NCBI RefSeq assembly: GCF_019237615.1 | Contig: NZ_JAFAGT010000014.1 | Coordinates: 5,805-69,804 of the forward strand | Reading direction: 5' to 3' | DNA: 64,000 nt | Source of the DNA: Roseateles sp. | GTDB lineage: Bacteria; Pseudomonadota; Gammaproteobacteria; Burkholderiales; Burkholderiaceae_C | Shown: positions 20,823 through 29,213 of the stretch, in pieces | How the letters are laid out: every line of letters starts with the position of its first letter | How positions within the stretch are numbered: the first letter of the stretch is position 1 | Notes under the pieces: generated by a model | Seen by the model: the letters and a program-made list of their open reading frames with translations, nothing else | The model's database searches: none | Told to the model about the DNA's origin: nothing | Program-made: the position numbers and the translations under genes

Positions 20823-21917
20823 ATGGATTCGCAAGCCACCGTCCTGCAGATCCTCGATTTTGCACGATGGGCCCCCAGCGGGGACAACACCCAGCCCTGG
20901 CGATTCGAGATCATCGGCCCCAACCATGTGGCCGTCCATGGGTTCGACACGCGCGAGCATTGCGTCTATGACCTGGACGGCCACCCGAGCCAGATTTCCA
21001 TCGGCGCCTTGATTGAAACCGCCGCCATCGCCGCCAGCCACCACCAGCTTCGCACCGTGGCAAGGCGGCGGGTGGCCTCGCCGGAAACCCGCCCGGTGTT
21101 CGATCTCGAATTCGTTGCCGACCCCAGCGTCATCGCCGACCCTCTTCTGGCCAGCGTCAAGGTCCGCAGCGTGCAGCGCCGGCCGCTGAAGACGCAGCCG
21201 CTGACCACCCAGCAGAAGCAGGCCTTTGCAGCCGCCATCGGCCCCGACTACACGGCACTATGGCTGGAGAGCGGCGGCGAGCGGCTGAAGGTCGCCAAGA
21301 TGCTGTTCCATTCGGCCAAGATCCGGCTGGTCACGCCCGAGGCCTACCGCGTCCACAAGGACATCATCGAATGGCAGGCACGGTTCAGCGAAGAGCGCGT
21401 GCCGGATCAAGCACTCGGCACCGACCCGATGACGACCCGACTGATGCGCTTCGTGATGCAGAACTGGGGCCGGGTGGAGATGTTCAATCGCTTCTTCGCA
21501 GGCACCTGGGCGCCACGCATCCAGCTGGACTTCGTGCCCGGTCTGGCCTGCGCGGCCCATTTCCTGCTGCTTGCCAAGGCCCCTGCACGCACGATTGATG
21601 ACTACGTCGCGGCCGGCCGCGCGACGCAGCGCTTCTGGCTGACAGCCGCGCAGCAAGGCCTGCTGCTGCAGCCCGAGGTCACGCCGCTGGTCTTCACCCG
21701 CTATGCCCGCGAAGGCATCGACTTCTCAAGCAAGCCCGGCGCGCAAGAGATGGCACGACGGCTCGGCGAACGTTTCGTCGGCACGGTCGGCGAGCATGCG
21801 GCGGCCCATGCAGTTTTCATGGGGCGCGTCGGCCGCGGCCAGCAGCCGGTCTCGCGCTCGCTGCGGCGGCCGCTGGAGAGCCTGCTGATCACGGAGCAGC
21901 ATGATGACAAGGCTTGA
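20823..21917 (+). CDS. nitroreductase-fold protein, two-lobed (Acg / McbC-SagB-like)
   Basis: Start ATG 20823 with AAAGG 9 nt upstream. ILDFARWAPSGDNTQPWRFEI is the nitroreductase N-terminal signature, and RFWLTAAQQGLLLQP occurs late in the protein. At ~364 aa it is too long for a single nitroreductase domain. Confidence 0.7.
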   Translation: MDSQATVLQILDFARWAPSGDNTQPWRFEIIGPNHVAVHGFDTREHCVYDLDGHPSQISIGALIETAAIAASHHQLRTVARRRVASPETRPVFDLEFVADPSVIADPLLASVKVRSVQRRPLKTQPLTTQQKQAFAAAIGPDYTALWLESGGERLKVAKMLFHSAKIRLVTPEAYRVHKDIIEWQARFSEERVPDQALGTDPMTTRLMRFVMQNWGRVEMFNRFFAGTWAPRIQLDFVPGLACAAHFLLLAKAPARTIDDYVAAGRATQRFWLTAAQQGLLLQPEVTPLVFTRYAREGIDFSSKPGAQEMARRLGERFVGTVGEHAAAHAVFMGRVGRGQQPVSRSLRRPLESLLITEQHDDKA

Positions 21918-23148
21918 GCGCCCACTGCGGATTGCCCTCTTTGCCGAGGCCGTGACGCTGGCTCATGTCGCCAGGCCTATCGCGCTTGCGCGCGCCATCG
22001 CCCCGGCAGGACACCAACTGCTGCTGGCCTGTGATCCGCGGTATTCCAGCTTTGCCGCCGATGGCCCCTGGCAGTCCCAGCCATTGCGCAGCATCCCCAG
22101 CGCCGAGTTCAACGAGGCCCTGGCCAAGGGCAAACCGGTCTACAGCCATGAGACCTTGAGCAGCTATGTGAACGACGATCTGAAATTGATCGAGTCGTTC
22201 AAGCCCGACCTGGTGATTGGCGACTTCCGGCTGTCACTCTCCGTCAGCGCAAGGCTGGCGCGCGTGCCCTACATGGCGATCGCCAACGCCTACTGGTCAC
22301 CTGGCTATCTGGGCGGCTACGCGCTGCCGGTGATTCCGTTGAGCAGAGTACTGCCCATCCCGCTCGCGGCAACGCTGTTCCACACCTTCAGGCCGCTGGC
22401 TTTCATTCCCCATTGCCAGCCGATGAACCGCCTGCGCCGGCAGCACAACCTTCCCTCGCTTGGCAACAACTTGCGACGCGTCTACACGGACGCGGACCAC
22501 ATACTGATGCCCGACATCCCCGACCTCTACCCGGTGGCGTCAGGCTCACACGGCAGCAGCTACATCGGGCCGCTCATGTGGGCCCCCTCCACACCACCAC
22601 CCGCCTGGTGGGAGGAGCCCGACCCCACCGAGCAGGCGATCGTTTACGTCACGCTTGGCAGCTCAGGCCCAGGAGCCACACTTGCGCTGGTCCTGCAGGC
22701 GCTGGCCGACCTCCCCGTGAAGGTGTTCGCCTCCACCGCCGGCGCCCAGGCCCCCTCAAGCGTACCGGCCAATGCACGGCTGGCCAGCTATCTGCCCGGC
22801 GACGCTGCTGCCGAGCGCGCGAAACTGATGATCTGCAACGGTGGCAGCCTGAGCACCCAGCAAGCCATTGCCGCAGGCATTCCCATACTCGGCCTGGCCA
22901 GCAACATGGACCAGTTCCTGAATATGGCGCCGATCGAGCGGCACAACGCCGGCATCTGCTTGCGGACCGATCGGCTGAGCCCCGAAAGAATCCGCCAGGC
23001 CGCCATCACGCTGCTGCAGTCAGCCGTCGCCACGACAGCTGCACGGCAACTTCGACAGTTGCTGCCGAAGCCAGAGGCCGGGACCCGCGAGACCTTCCAC
23101 GCCATCGCCAAGCAATTGCTGCAGGACAGCCGATCAAACAGCCACTGA
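21901..23148 (+). CDS. GT1-family (MGT/UDP-glycosyltransferase-like, GT-B) glycosyltransferase
   Basis: 415 aa. The C-terminal nucleotide-sugar motif ICNGGSLSTQQAIAAGIPILGLASNMDQFLNMAPIERHNAG parallels the GT1 HGG...G-P...P...DQ signature. Overlaps the preceding gene by 17 nt. Confidence 0.75.
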   Translation: MMTRLERPLRIALFAEAVTLAHVARPIALARAIAPAGHQLLLACDPRYSSFAADGPWQSQPLRSIPSAEFNEALAKGKPVYSHETLSSYVNDDLKLIESFKPDLVIGDFRLSLSVSARLARVPYMAIANAYWSPGYLGGYALPVIPLSRVLPIPLAATLFHTFRPLAFIPHCQPMNRLRRQHNLPSLGNNLRRVYTDADHILMPDIPDLYPVASGSHGSSYIGPLMWAPSTPPPAWWEEPDPTEQAIVYVTLGSSGPGATLALVLQALADLPVKVFASTAGAQAPSSVPANARLASYLPGDAAAERAKLMICNGGSLSTQQAIAAGIPILGLASNMDQFLNMAPIERHNAGICLRTDRLSPERIRQAAITLLQSAVATTAARQLRQLLPKPEAGTRETFHAIAKQLLQDSRSNSH

Positions 23149-23191
23149 TTGAACGCAAACCTTGTCGGCTGGCAGCAATTGCGCCGAATAT

Positions 23192-23220
23192 AAAAAATGG
23201 GCCCCGAGGGGCCCATTTTC
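23192..23220. terminator. bidirectional rho-independent terminator between the convergent GT1 and PEP-CTERM genes
   Basis: AAAAAATGGGCCCCgaGGGGCCCATTTTCC: a 9-bp GC stem flanked by an A-run and a T-run. Confidence 0.85.
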
Positions 23221-23236
23221 CTAGTGCAGTGCAGTA

Positions 23237-24292
23237 TTACTGCTTGCGGCTGCGACGCTTGCCTGCGACGCCCAGGCCAGCCAAGGCCAGACCCACCAGA
23301 GCCAGCGAAGCAGGCTCAGGGATGTGGAGGCGGTCGACATTCGTCGTGGTCGTCGCCTGCAGCGACAGGGAGTACGTACCCGCAGCCAGATCGGAAATCA
23401 TCAAACCGAAGTTCTTGAAATCGAGGAACGAGTCGTTGTAGGAATCCGGATTGCCCGACCGCGAGTCGGTGACATTCAGGTTTCCCTCGTTCTTGGTCAC
23501 CGAGCAGACGCTGCCCGCGATGCCGCCACCGGTGAACTGGCAAGGCTGGGCGCTGCCGGTACCGTCCGGGCTCCAGGTCCAGCTTTGGTTCGTGCCATTC
23601 TTGGACAGGCTGATGGAGACGTTCGAGCCCGCCGAAGAGGTATACAGGCCACCAAGCACATCCGAGATCGCACCGCTGAGCTTCAGCAGCGCTTGGAAGC
23701 TCAGGACGAAGTCAGTGGTCGTCCCCGTGACGAACGAAGTCAGCAGCGTCGTGGTCGACTTGACCTCGGTATTGGCGCTGGCTTGACCATTGACATTCAG
23801 CAGCGACTCAGCAATCTGAATCGTGTTGGTGGTACCACCCTGCACGAGCTTCGCCGAGGTGATTTGCGAATCCGCGTTGCTGAAGCTCTGGGTGGCGTTG
23901 GCACCGATGATGGCGAAATTGTTGTCAGCCCGCGCAGACAGCAAACCGGGTGCATTGGCCACGTTGGCATTCAGGGTCACCGGGTTGCCGCAAGTGGTGT
24001 AGACGGGCCCCGCAGCAGGATTGACATTGCCGTTGCAAGCGCCCGAACCCGCGCTGTTCACCGTCGCGCCACCGGTCGGGGTGTAGTCGGCCAGATTCTT
24101 CAGGTTGAAAGAATAGTTCGAGGCAGCGCCCACGTCATTGGTCGTTCCGTGCGCAAAGACGTTGATGTCCAGGCCCTGGATCTGCAGCTGCGACACCGAA
24201 TACACATAGGCGTTGGCGGGCACGGCGGCAAACAGCGCAGCACATGCGCCAGCGGCTGCGGCCACCGCCTTGAACTTGGAAAGCTTGGTCAT
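23237..24292 (-). CDS. PEP-CTERM sorting-domain protein (exosortase substrate)
   Basis: Signal peptide MTKLSKFKAVAAAAGACAALFAAVPANA. The body is rich in Asn/Ser/Thr/Gly. The C-terminus HIPEPASLALVGLALAGLGVAGKRRSRKQ has the PEP motif, a TM helix and a basic tail. Confidence 0.9.
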   Translation of the reverse strand: MTKLSKFKAVAAAAGACAALFAAVPANAYVYSVSQLQIQGLDINVFAHGTTNDVGAASNYSFNLKNLADYTPTGGATVNSAGSGACNGNVNPAAGPVYTTCGNPVTLNANVANAPGLLSARADNNFAIIGANATQSFSNADSQITSAKLVQGGTTNTIQIAESLLNVNGQASANTEVKSTTTLLTSFVTGTTTDFVLSFQALLKLSGAISDVLGGLYTSSAGSNVSISLSKNGTNQSWTWSPDGTGSAQPCQFTGGGIAGSVCSVTKNEGNLNVTDSRSGNPDSYNDSFLDFKNFGLMISDLAAGTYSLSLQATTTTNVDRLHIPEPASLALVGLALAGLGVAGKRRSRKQ

Positions 24293-24346
24293 GGTCGTGA
24301 TCCTTGGCTAAGCCGAGGCGGACTCGCCCCAGGCACATCATCAATA

Positions 24347-24364
24347 AAGCACACAGCGTGCCAA
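24347..24364 (-). promoter_or_regulatory. sigma-54 (-24/-12) promoter of the PEP-CTERM gene
   Basis: The minus strand reads TTGGCACGCTGTGTGCTT (TGGCACG-N4-GTGCT) with correct GG/GC spacing. It lies ~55-70 nt upstream of ATG 24292. PrsR, encoded nearby, is a sigma-54 activator. Confidence 0.7.
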
Positions 24365-24448
24365 CTCACGCAAGACATTGATTTAGAAAGAAAACCTGGG
24401 AAACGAAGGGCAGACCAAGCGATGAGTGGCAAGAAATCCGACACTGCC

Positions 24449-27220
24449 TTACAAGGACTTCAGCAGGCGCGTCACCTCTGCCTGTGCCGGAAAGCGTTCT
24501 CCGGCCTTCTCCAAGGTCTTCAGTTCCGCCTGGGCCGCGGGCTTGTCGCCTGCCTGGATGTAGAGCCTCGCAAGGTTCAGGCGCAGCACCAGATTCTCGG
24601 GATCCAAGGCCAGGGCCCGTCGCTGCAACTCCAAGGCCTTGGGCAGTTGGCTTTCCGCCGCCAGCGTTGACGCCAGGGTATCCAGCACACCCGGCGAATC
24701 GGGGCTGAGCTTCAGCGCCTGTTCAGCATAGGCCGCCGCTCCCGGCTTGTTCTGCTTGAGCATGGAAAACGCAATGTTGTTCAGTGCGCCCGCATTATTG
24801 GGCTGCAGGGCAACAACCCTGCGGAACTGCTTTTCCGCCATGTCGAACTGCCCTTGCACCAAGGCCAGGTCACCCAGGTATGCAGGAAAACCAGCGTCCT
24901 TGGGATGTGCAGCCATCCATTCGCCGGCCATGCTCTCCGCATCGGCAGTTTTCCTGGCGCCACGCAAGGCCGTGTGCAGTTTCACCGCCATGATGGTCAC
25001 AGGATAATTCTTGAGTGCCCGGCGGTAGACCTCCACGGCAGCTTCGGCATTGCCGCGCGACAGCTGAATTTCTGCTTCCATGTCCTGCCCGGTGGTTTCA
25101 TTCGGGCGCTGCGCCTGCACGGTCCGGGCGATAGCGATCGCAGCGTCGGGCCGTTTGCCAGCCAGCGCAATCTTGACCAGCGCCTGCTGGGCCGGCAAAT
25201 AGTTGGGCACAAGGGCAAGCGCGCGATGCAGGCTCTGCTCGGCAGCTACCGACTTGCCCGCCCGCAGTTGCACGGCCGCCAGCCGGATGAATGGGCGAGT
25301 CGATTTCGACTCCAGAGTCGCCAGCTTGTTGAATGCAGCAATGGCCAGCTCGGTTTCACCCGACGCCATCTCGGCTCGGCCCAATGCATCGATCAAGTCG
25401 GCTTGATCCGGCAGCGCACTATTGGCGTCTCGTGCCGCCGCCTGAGCGGCCCTGTAGTTTCCTTCAGCCAGCTGCAAATCGATCAGCTGCAGTCGTGGCG
25501 CAGGCTCGGCTGGGTTGAGGCGAATCGCCTGCGACAGCATCTCGGCAATCTCGGACTTGGGCGCGCCCTCCGCGGCTCGCAACTTGACCATCGACAGCAG
25601 GGCATCCAAGTTTCTTGAATCGACTTTCAGTACCGCCTCAAAACGCTTCTTCGCAGCATCGATATTTTTGTCAAGCAGATCCAGAGCTGCCAGTCCCGCG
25701 ACGGCCGGCACGAATACAGGATCGATCGCCAAGGCTTTTTCAAAGCTGGCGCGCGCCGCGTGCGCATCATTGCGCATCAAATAGATCTTGGCGCGCAGGT
25801 TATGCGGCAAGGGGTTCTTGGGCAATTTGGCTTCAACCGCATCAACTGACTTGAGCGCGCCATCCAGGTCCTTGTTCTGCAGCAACACGCTGATCAGCGC
25901 AAGGTCGGCGTTCGTCCCCTTGTCCGCCGCGGCGATCTTCTGAAGTGAGGCGACCGTCGCCTGATACCCGGAGGCGTTCTGCTTTGCGAGTGCCAGCTTG
26001 ACCAGATTCGCGCTGTTCGATGGATCAAGCTTGACCGCGGTTTCGAAGCTGGCTCGCGATTGATCAAGGTTACCCATCGCCAATTGAGCCTCGCCCGCGA
26101 GCGAATAGGTCTGCGCGTTGGTCTCACCGCCCGCGATCAGCGGCTGCAAGGTCATCAAGGCCTTGGCGGGCTGCCCCATGCGCAACTGCGTCTGAGCCAG
26201 CAGCCTGCGCACAGCAACATTGTCCGGCCTGATGGACAACGCCTTGCTCAATGAGCGCTCAGCCTGCAGGAGCGCCCCATTGACCAGCTGGATGGTTCCT
26301 GCAAGCTGCAGGACCTTGACCTCGTCGGGGGCGGCCTTCTGTGCCAACTCGATCGATGCTACGGCCTTGGTCATGTCGCCGTTGGCAAATGCCAGCTGGG
26401 CGTCGAAATATTTGACCAGCAGGTTATTCCGCGAGTCCTTGCGCAGCTCCGCGAGCTGCTCCGATGCCGCCTTGAAATCCTGCTGTGCGATCAGGATTTC
26501 GATCAGGGCCGCGCGCGCGCCCGCATGGGATGGCTGGATCGTCAGCGCCGTGCGGAATGCCTGCATCGCGTCCGGTATGTTCCTCCGGAGCAGGATCAGC
26601 AACTCCCCCTTCTGAAACCAGGCCTGCGGATCCTTGGGAGTCAGGGCCAGCACCTTGTCCACCATGGCCATGGCGTCGTCGTCCCGGTGCTCGAAGCCCG
26701 CCATGCGCGCTTCGAGCAGCAGCGCGGGGGGGAAGTCGGGAACCTTTGCCAGCGCCGCCTGAATTTCACGACGCGCAGCGGCAGCCTTGTTCAAGGATGC
26801 ATAGGCCACGGCCACCGTGGTCTTCAGGTCAGCAAAGGCCGCAGCATCCTTCAGGTCCGATGTGCCCAACTCATCAACGATGGTCTGGTATTGCTTGACG
26901 GCGAGCAATGCTCGCGCCAGCAGCGGCTGCACCTCATCGATCGCCTGCCCCTGCTGCGGAATCTTTCTCAACTCGAGGATCGCGGAGGCCGGGTCGCCGG
27001 TCTCAAGCAAGACCTTGCCCAACAGGAGTCGGGCCTTCACGTGACCCGGATCCTGGCTCAGCGCCTGCTTCAGCTGAATCACGGCCGACTTGGGATCCCC
27101 CTTGCGCAGGTAGGAATTCGCCGAGTCCAGCAACTCATCGGCCCCCATCTGGCCGCAGGCGGCCAGGACCGCCACGGCAAGCACCATGGGCAAGAAGAAT
27201 GAACGATGTTTAGCCTGCAT
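24449..27220 (-). CDS. prsT: PEP-CTERM-system TPR-repeat lipoprotein
   Basis: Start ATG 27220 gives MQAKHRSFFLPMVLAVAVLAA|CG (lipobox). About 920 aa of TPR repeats, located next to the PEP-CTERM gene. Confidence 0.85.
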   Translation of the reverse strand: MQAKHRSFFLPMVLAVAVLAACGQMGADELLDSANSYLRKGDPKSAVIQLKQALSQDPGHVKARLLLGKVLLETGDPASAILELRKIPQQGQAIDEVQPLLARALLAVKQYQTIVDELGTSDLKDAAAFADLKTTVAVAYASLNKAAAARREIQAALAKVPDFPPALLLEARMAGFEHRDDDAMAMVDKVLALTPKDPQAWFQKGELLILLRRNIPDAMQAFRTALTIQPSHAGARAALIEILIAQQDFKAASEQLAELRKDSRNNLLVKYFDAQLAFANGDMTKAVASIELAQKAAPDEVKVLQLAGTIQLVNGALLQAERSLSKALSIRPDNVAVRRLLAQTQLRMGQPAKALMTLQPLIAGGETNAQTYSLAGEAQLAMGNLDQSRASFETAVKLDPSNSANLVKLALAKQNASGYQATVASLQKIAAADKGTNADLALISVLLQNKDLDGALKSVDAVEAKLPKNPLPHNLRAKIYLMRNDAHAARASFEKALAIDPVFVPAVAGLAALDLLDKNIDAAKKRFEAVLKVDSRNLDALLSMVKLRAAEGAPKSEIAEMLSQAIRLNPAEPAPRLQLIDLQLAEGNYRAAQAAARDANSALPDQADLIDALGRAEMASGETELAIAAFNKLATLESKSTRPFIRLAAVQLRAGKSVAAEQSLHRALALVPNYLPAQQALVKIALAGKRPDAAIAIARTVQAQRPNETTGQDMEAEIQLSRGNAEAAVEVYRRALKNYPVTIMAVKLHTALRGARKTADAESMAGEWMAAHPKDAGFPAYLGDLALVQGQFDMAEKQFRRVVALQPNNAGALNNIAFSMLKQNKPGAAAYAEQALKLSPDSPGVLDTLASTLAAESQLPKALELQRRALALDPENLVLRLNLARLYIQAGDKPAAQAELKTLEKAGERFPAQAEVTRLLKSL

Positions 27221-27322
27221 CACTGCACCCAAGATAGTCCCCTATAAGCATCAATGGCGAGGCGATCTCGCCAGGCATCCGAATGGCTCGCGCCGCAGAG
27301 AAATGGCCAGGTGGAGGCAATC

Positions 27323-28108
27323 TCAGTGCGAGTTGGGGCGGAGCCTTCCCAGCGCATCCGGGTGAGCCTCGAATGAAAGGTTCACCAACCGGTCGATCAC
27401 TGCATACAGCGGCTGGATCAGCGGACGCAGATTGCCGACGACCTTGCTGGAGCTGAGCACGGAAGGCACGCGAATGCCGCGGTGCTCGATCTCGCCGCCG
27501 ATCGGATGGATGTCAAAACCCAGGCGCAGGAAATGACTCGCCAGGCGTGGTTCCGTCAGCACGAACACGTTCTCGACGCTGAGCCGCCGCGCGGCCGCCG
27601 CAGCGCCGAGATACAGGCTCATCGGAATGAACGGGAAGCGCGGCTGGCCGCCCCTGGCTTCGAAGTCTTGCTCGCCGACGGAGACAGGCTTGTCGGCTTC
27701 ACCCTGGCGCTGGCGAAACTCACTCATGACCGCCAACCGTGAGACTTCGCCGACGTCATCCCGCGGCAGCCGCGCGGGATCCAGTTGGTCGCGCCGGATC
27801 ACCTCGCGGCAGCTGAGCTCGAACGGCAGCGGGAACGAGGGCTGCTCCGGCCGGGCCAGCACGAGGCGCGAGCAACCCACCAGGTCACCGGTGTCACGTT
27901 TGCGGAGGAGGCAGTGGACCGAATGGCGGTCATAGTCGTCCATCTCCAGGCCGTCCTTGCGGACCGCCTCCCAGCCAAGCTCACGGCAATACACATCGTG
28001 CCGGATCCGATACACCATCTCGACACTGGGAGCATCCAAGGCCAGCGAGAACTCGAACAGTTCCTCGAATCGATGCCCCAGGTTCCCGCTTGAAGTCGAT
28101 GGGTTCAC
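27323..28108 (-). CDS. PEP-CTERM/exosortase-system-associated acyltransferase (autoinducer-synthase / N-acyl amino acid synthase-like GNAT)
   Basis: 261 aa, GTG start with GAGG 8 nt upstream. YRIRHDVYCRELGWE and GEVSRLAV motifs, followed by a large insert. Confidence 0.8.
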   Translation of the reverse strand: MNPSTSSGNLGHRFEELFEFSLALDAPSVEMVYRIRHDVYCRELGWEAVRKDGLEMDDYDRHSVHCLLRKRDTGDLVGCSRLVLARPEQPSFPLPFELSCREVIRRDQLDPARLPRDDVGEVSRLAVMSEFRQRQGEADKPVSVGEQDFEARGGQPRFPFIPMSLYLGAAAAARRLSVENVFVLTEPRLASHFLRLGFDIHPIGGEIEHRGIRVPSVLSSSKVVGNLRPLIQPLYAVIDRLVNLSFEAHPDALGRLRPNSH

Positions 28109-28170
28109 AGAATTACCTCGAAGTGCATGGATCGTATCAAGGTGTTGATTTAGCCCCTAGGGACTCGCTG

Positions 28171-28971
28171 TTATCGGCCCGCGCCGCCTGCCGCGTCGGA
28201 CAGGAAGCTGCGCACGCTGCCCACCGGGATGGCATAGCTGATGCCGCTGGGCGCCGTCAAGGCCGACTCGTGCGCCGCCTTGACCGCCACCATGCTGACA
28301 ACGCCGACCACCGCGCCCGTGGCAATGTTGATGACCGGCCCGCCGCTGTTGCCGGGGTAGGCGGTCGCATCCAGCTGCAGCACCTCGAAGCTGCCTTGGC
28401 GCAGCTGCCTCACCGCCCGCTCGCTCAAGCCTTGCGGGCCGGATGCCGGTGGCACGATGGCGGTACGCGCCGACACGATGCCTCGATGCGTCACATGGGA
28501 AAAGCCCAGCGCCCCCCCAATCGGGAAACCGATCAACGCGATCATCTCGCCCTCGACCGCCTCCTGCTCGGCCAGCGGCAAGGTCGGGAGCGGCTTGCCG
28601 TCGTCTATGCGCAGCAATGCCAGGTCCTGGGATGCATCCACCTTCGCAATGCGCGCGCCGCGCAACAGCCAGCCGCTTTCGGGCGTCCACGCCTGTATCG
28701 CCACGCTGCGATCGATGCGTCCCTGCTCCAGCGGCGGCAGCACATGGGCGTTGGTGACGATCTGCATGCCATCACCGACCGCAAAGCCGGTGCCGCGAAA
28801 TCCGAAGCGCGGCGCGTCCAGCAACCCGTAGCTGCCCACCAGGACGACCGCCGGCTTCGCCCGGGCGATCAGGCCGGGCAGGTTGGCGTCACCCCAGGCC
28901 GGCGGGAGGCCGAGGATGCCCAAAGCCACCACGGCCGCTTGTACTACAGCCTTCCAAAGGCTCATGAGCAT
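28171..28971 (-). CDS. secreted trypsin-like (S1C, DegP-like, no PDZ) serine protease
   Basis: Signal peptide M(LM)SLWKAVVQAAVVALGILG. Catalytic triad motifs TNAHV, DLALLRI and GNSGGPV. Start is 28971 or 28965. Confidence 0.8.
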   Translation of the reverse strand: MLMSLWKAVVQAAVVALGILGLPPAWGDANLPGLIARAKPAVVLVGSYGLLDAPRFGFRGTGFAVGDGMQIVTNAHVLPPLEQGRIDRSVAIQAWTPESGWLLRGARIAKVDASQDLALLRIDDGKPLPTLPLAEQEAVEGEMIALIGFPIGGALGFSHVTHRGIVSARTAIVPPASGPQGLSERAVRQLRQGSFEVLQLDATAYPGNSGGPVINIATGAVVGVVSMVAVKAAHESALTAPSGISYAIPVGSVRSFLSDAAGGAGR

Positions 28972-29213
28972 TCCCTCTCGGCTTCCTTGCCACATGTTGG
29001 GCTTCTTCGGGTGCACTTCCAGCCGACCGGCACGCAGCCGAGCCAGGGCTGCACCCTGCGCATGCCCCGACGCCCGCTCTCGCGAAGACCTGATTGCTGA
29101 ATCTGCATGGGGCTGACGCCTTGTTGCGTGGACCCTACCCTAAGGCGAGGCCGCCGAGGCGAAAACCCCTGGCAAGGCATCGACCAGGCGCGCGGGCATC
29201 AAGCGCTCGGCCT

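Noticed and set aside
28113-28135. Sigma-54-like element TTGATAC-N5-ATGCAC upstream of the acyltransferase gene
   Set aside because: The invariant -24 GG is GA. A start site here would also remove the RBS of the GTG start at 28108. It was kept only as a possible decayed copy, described in a finding.
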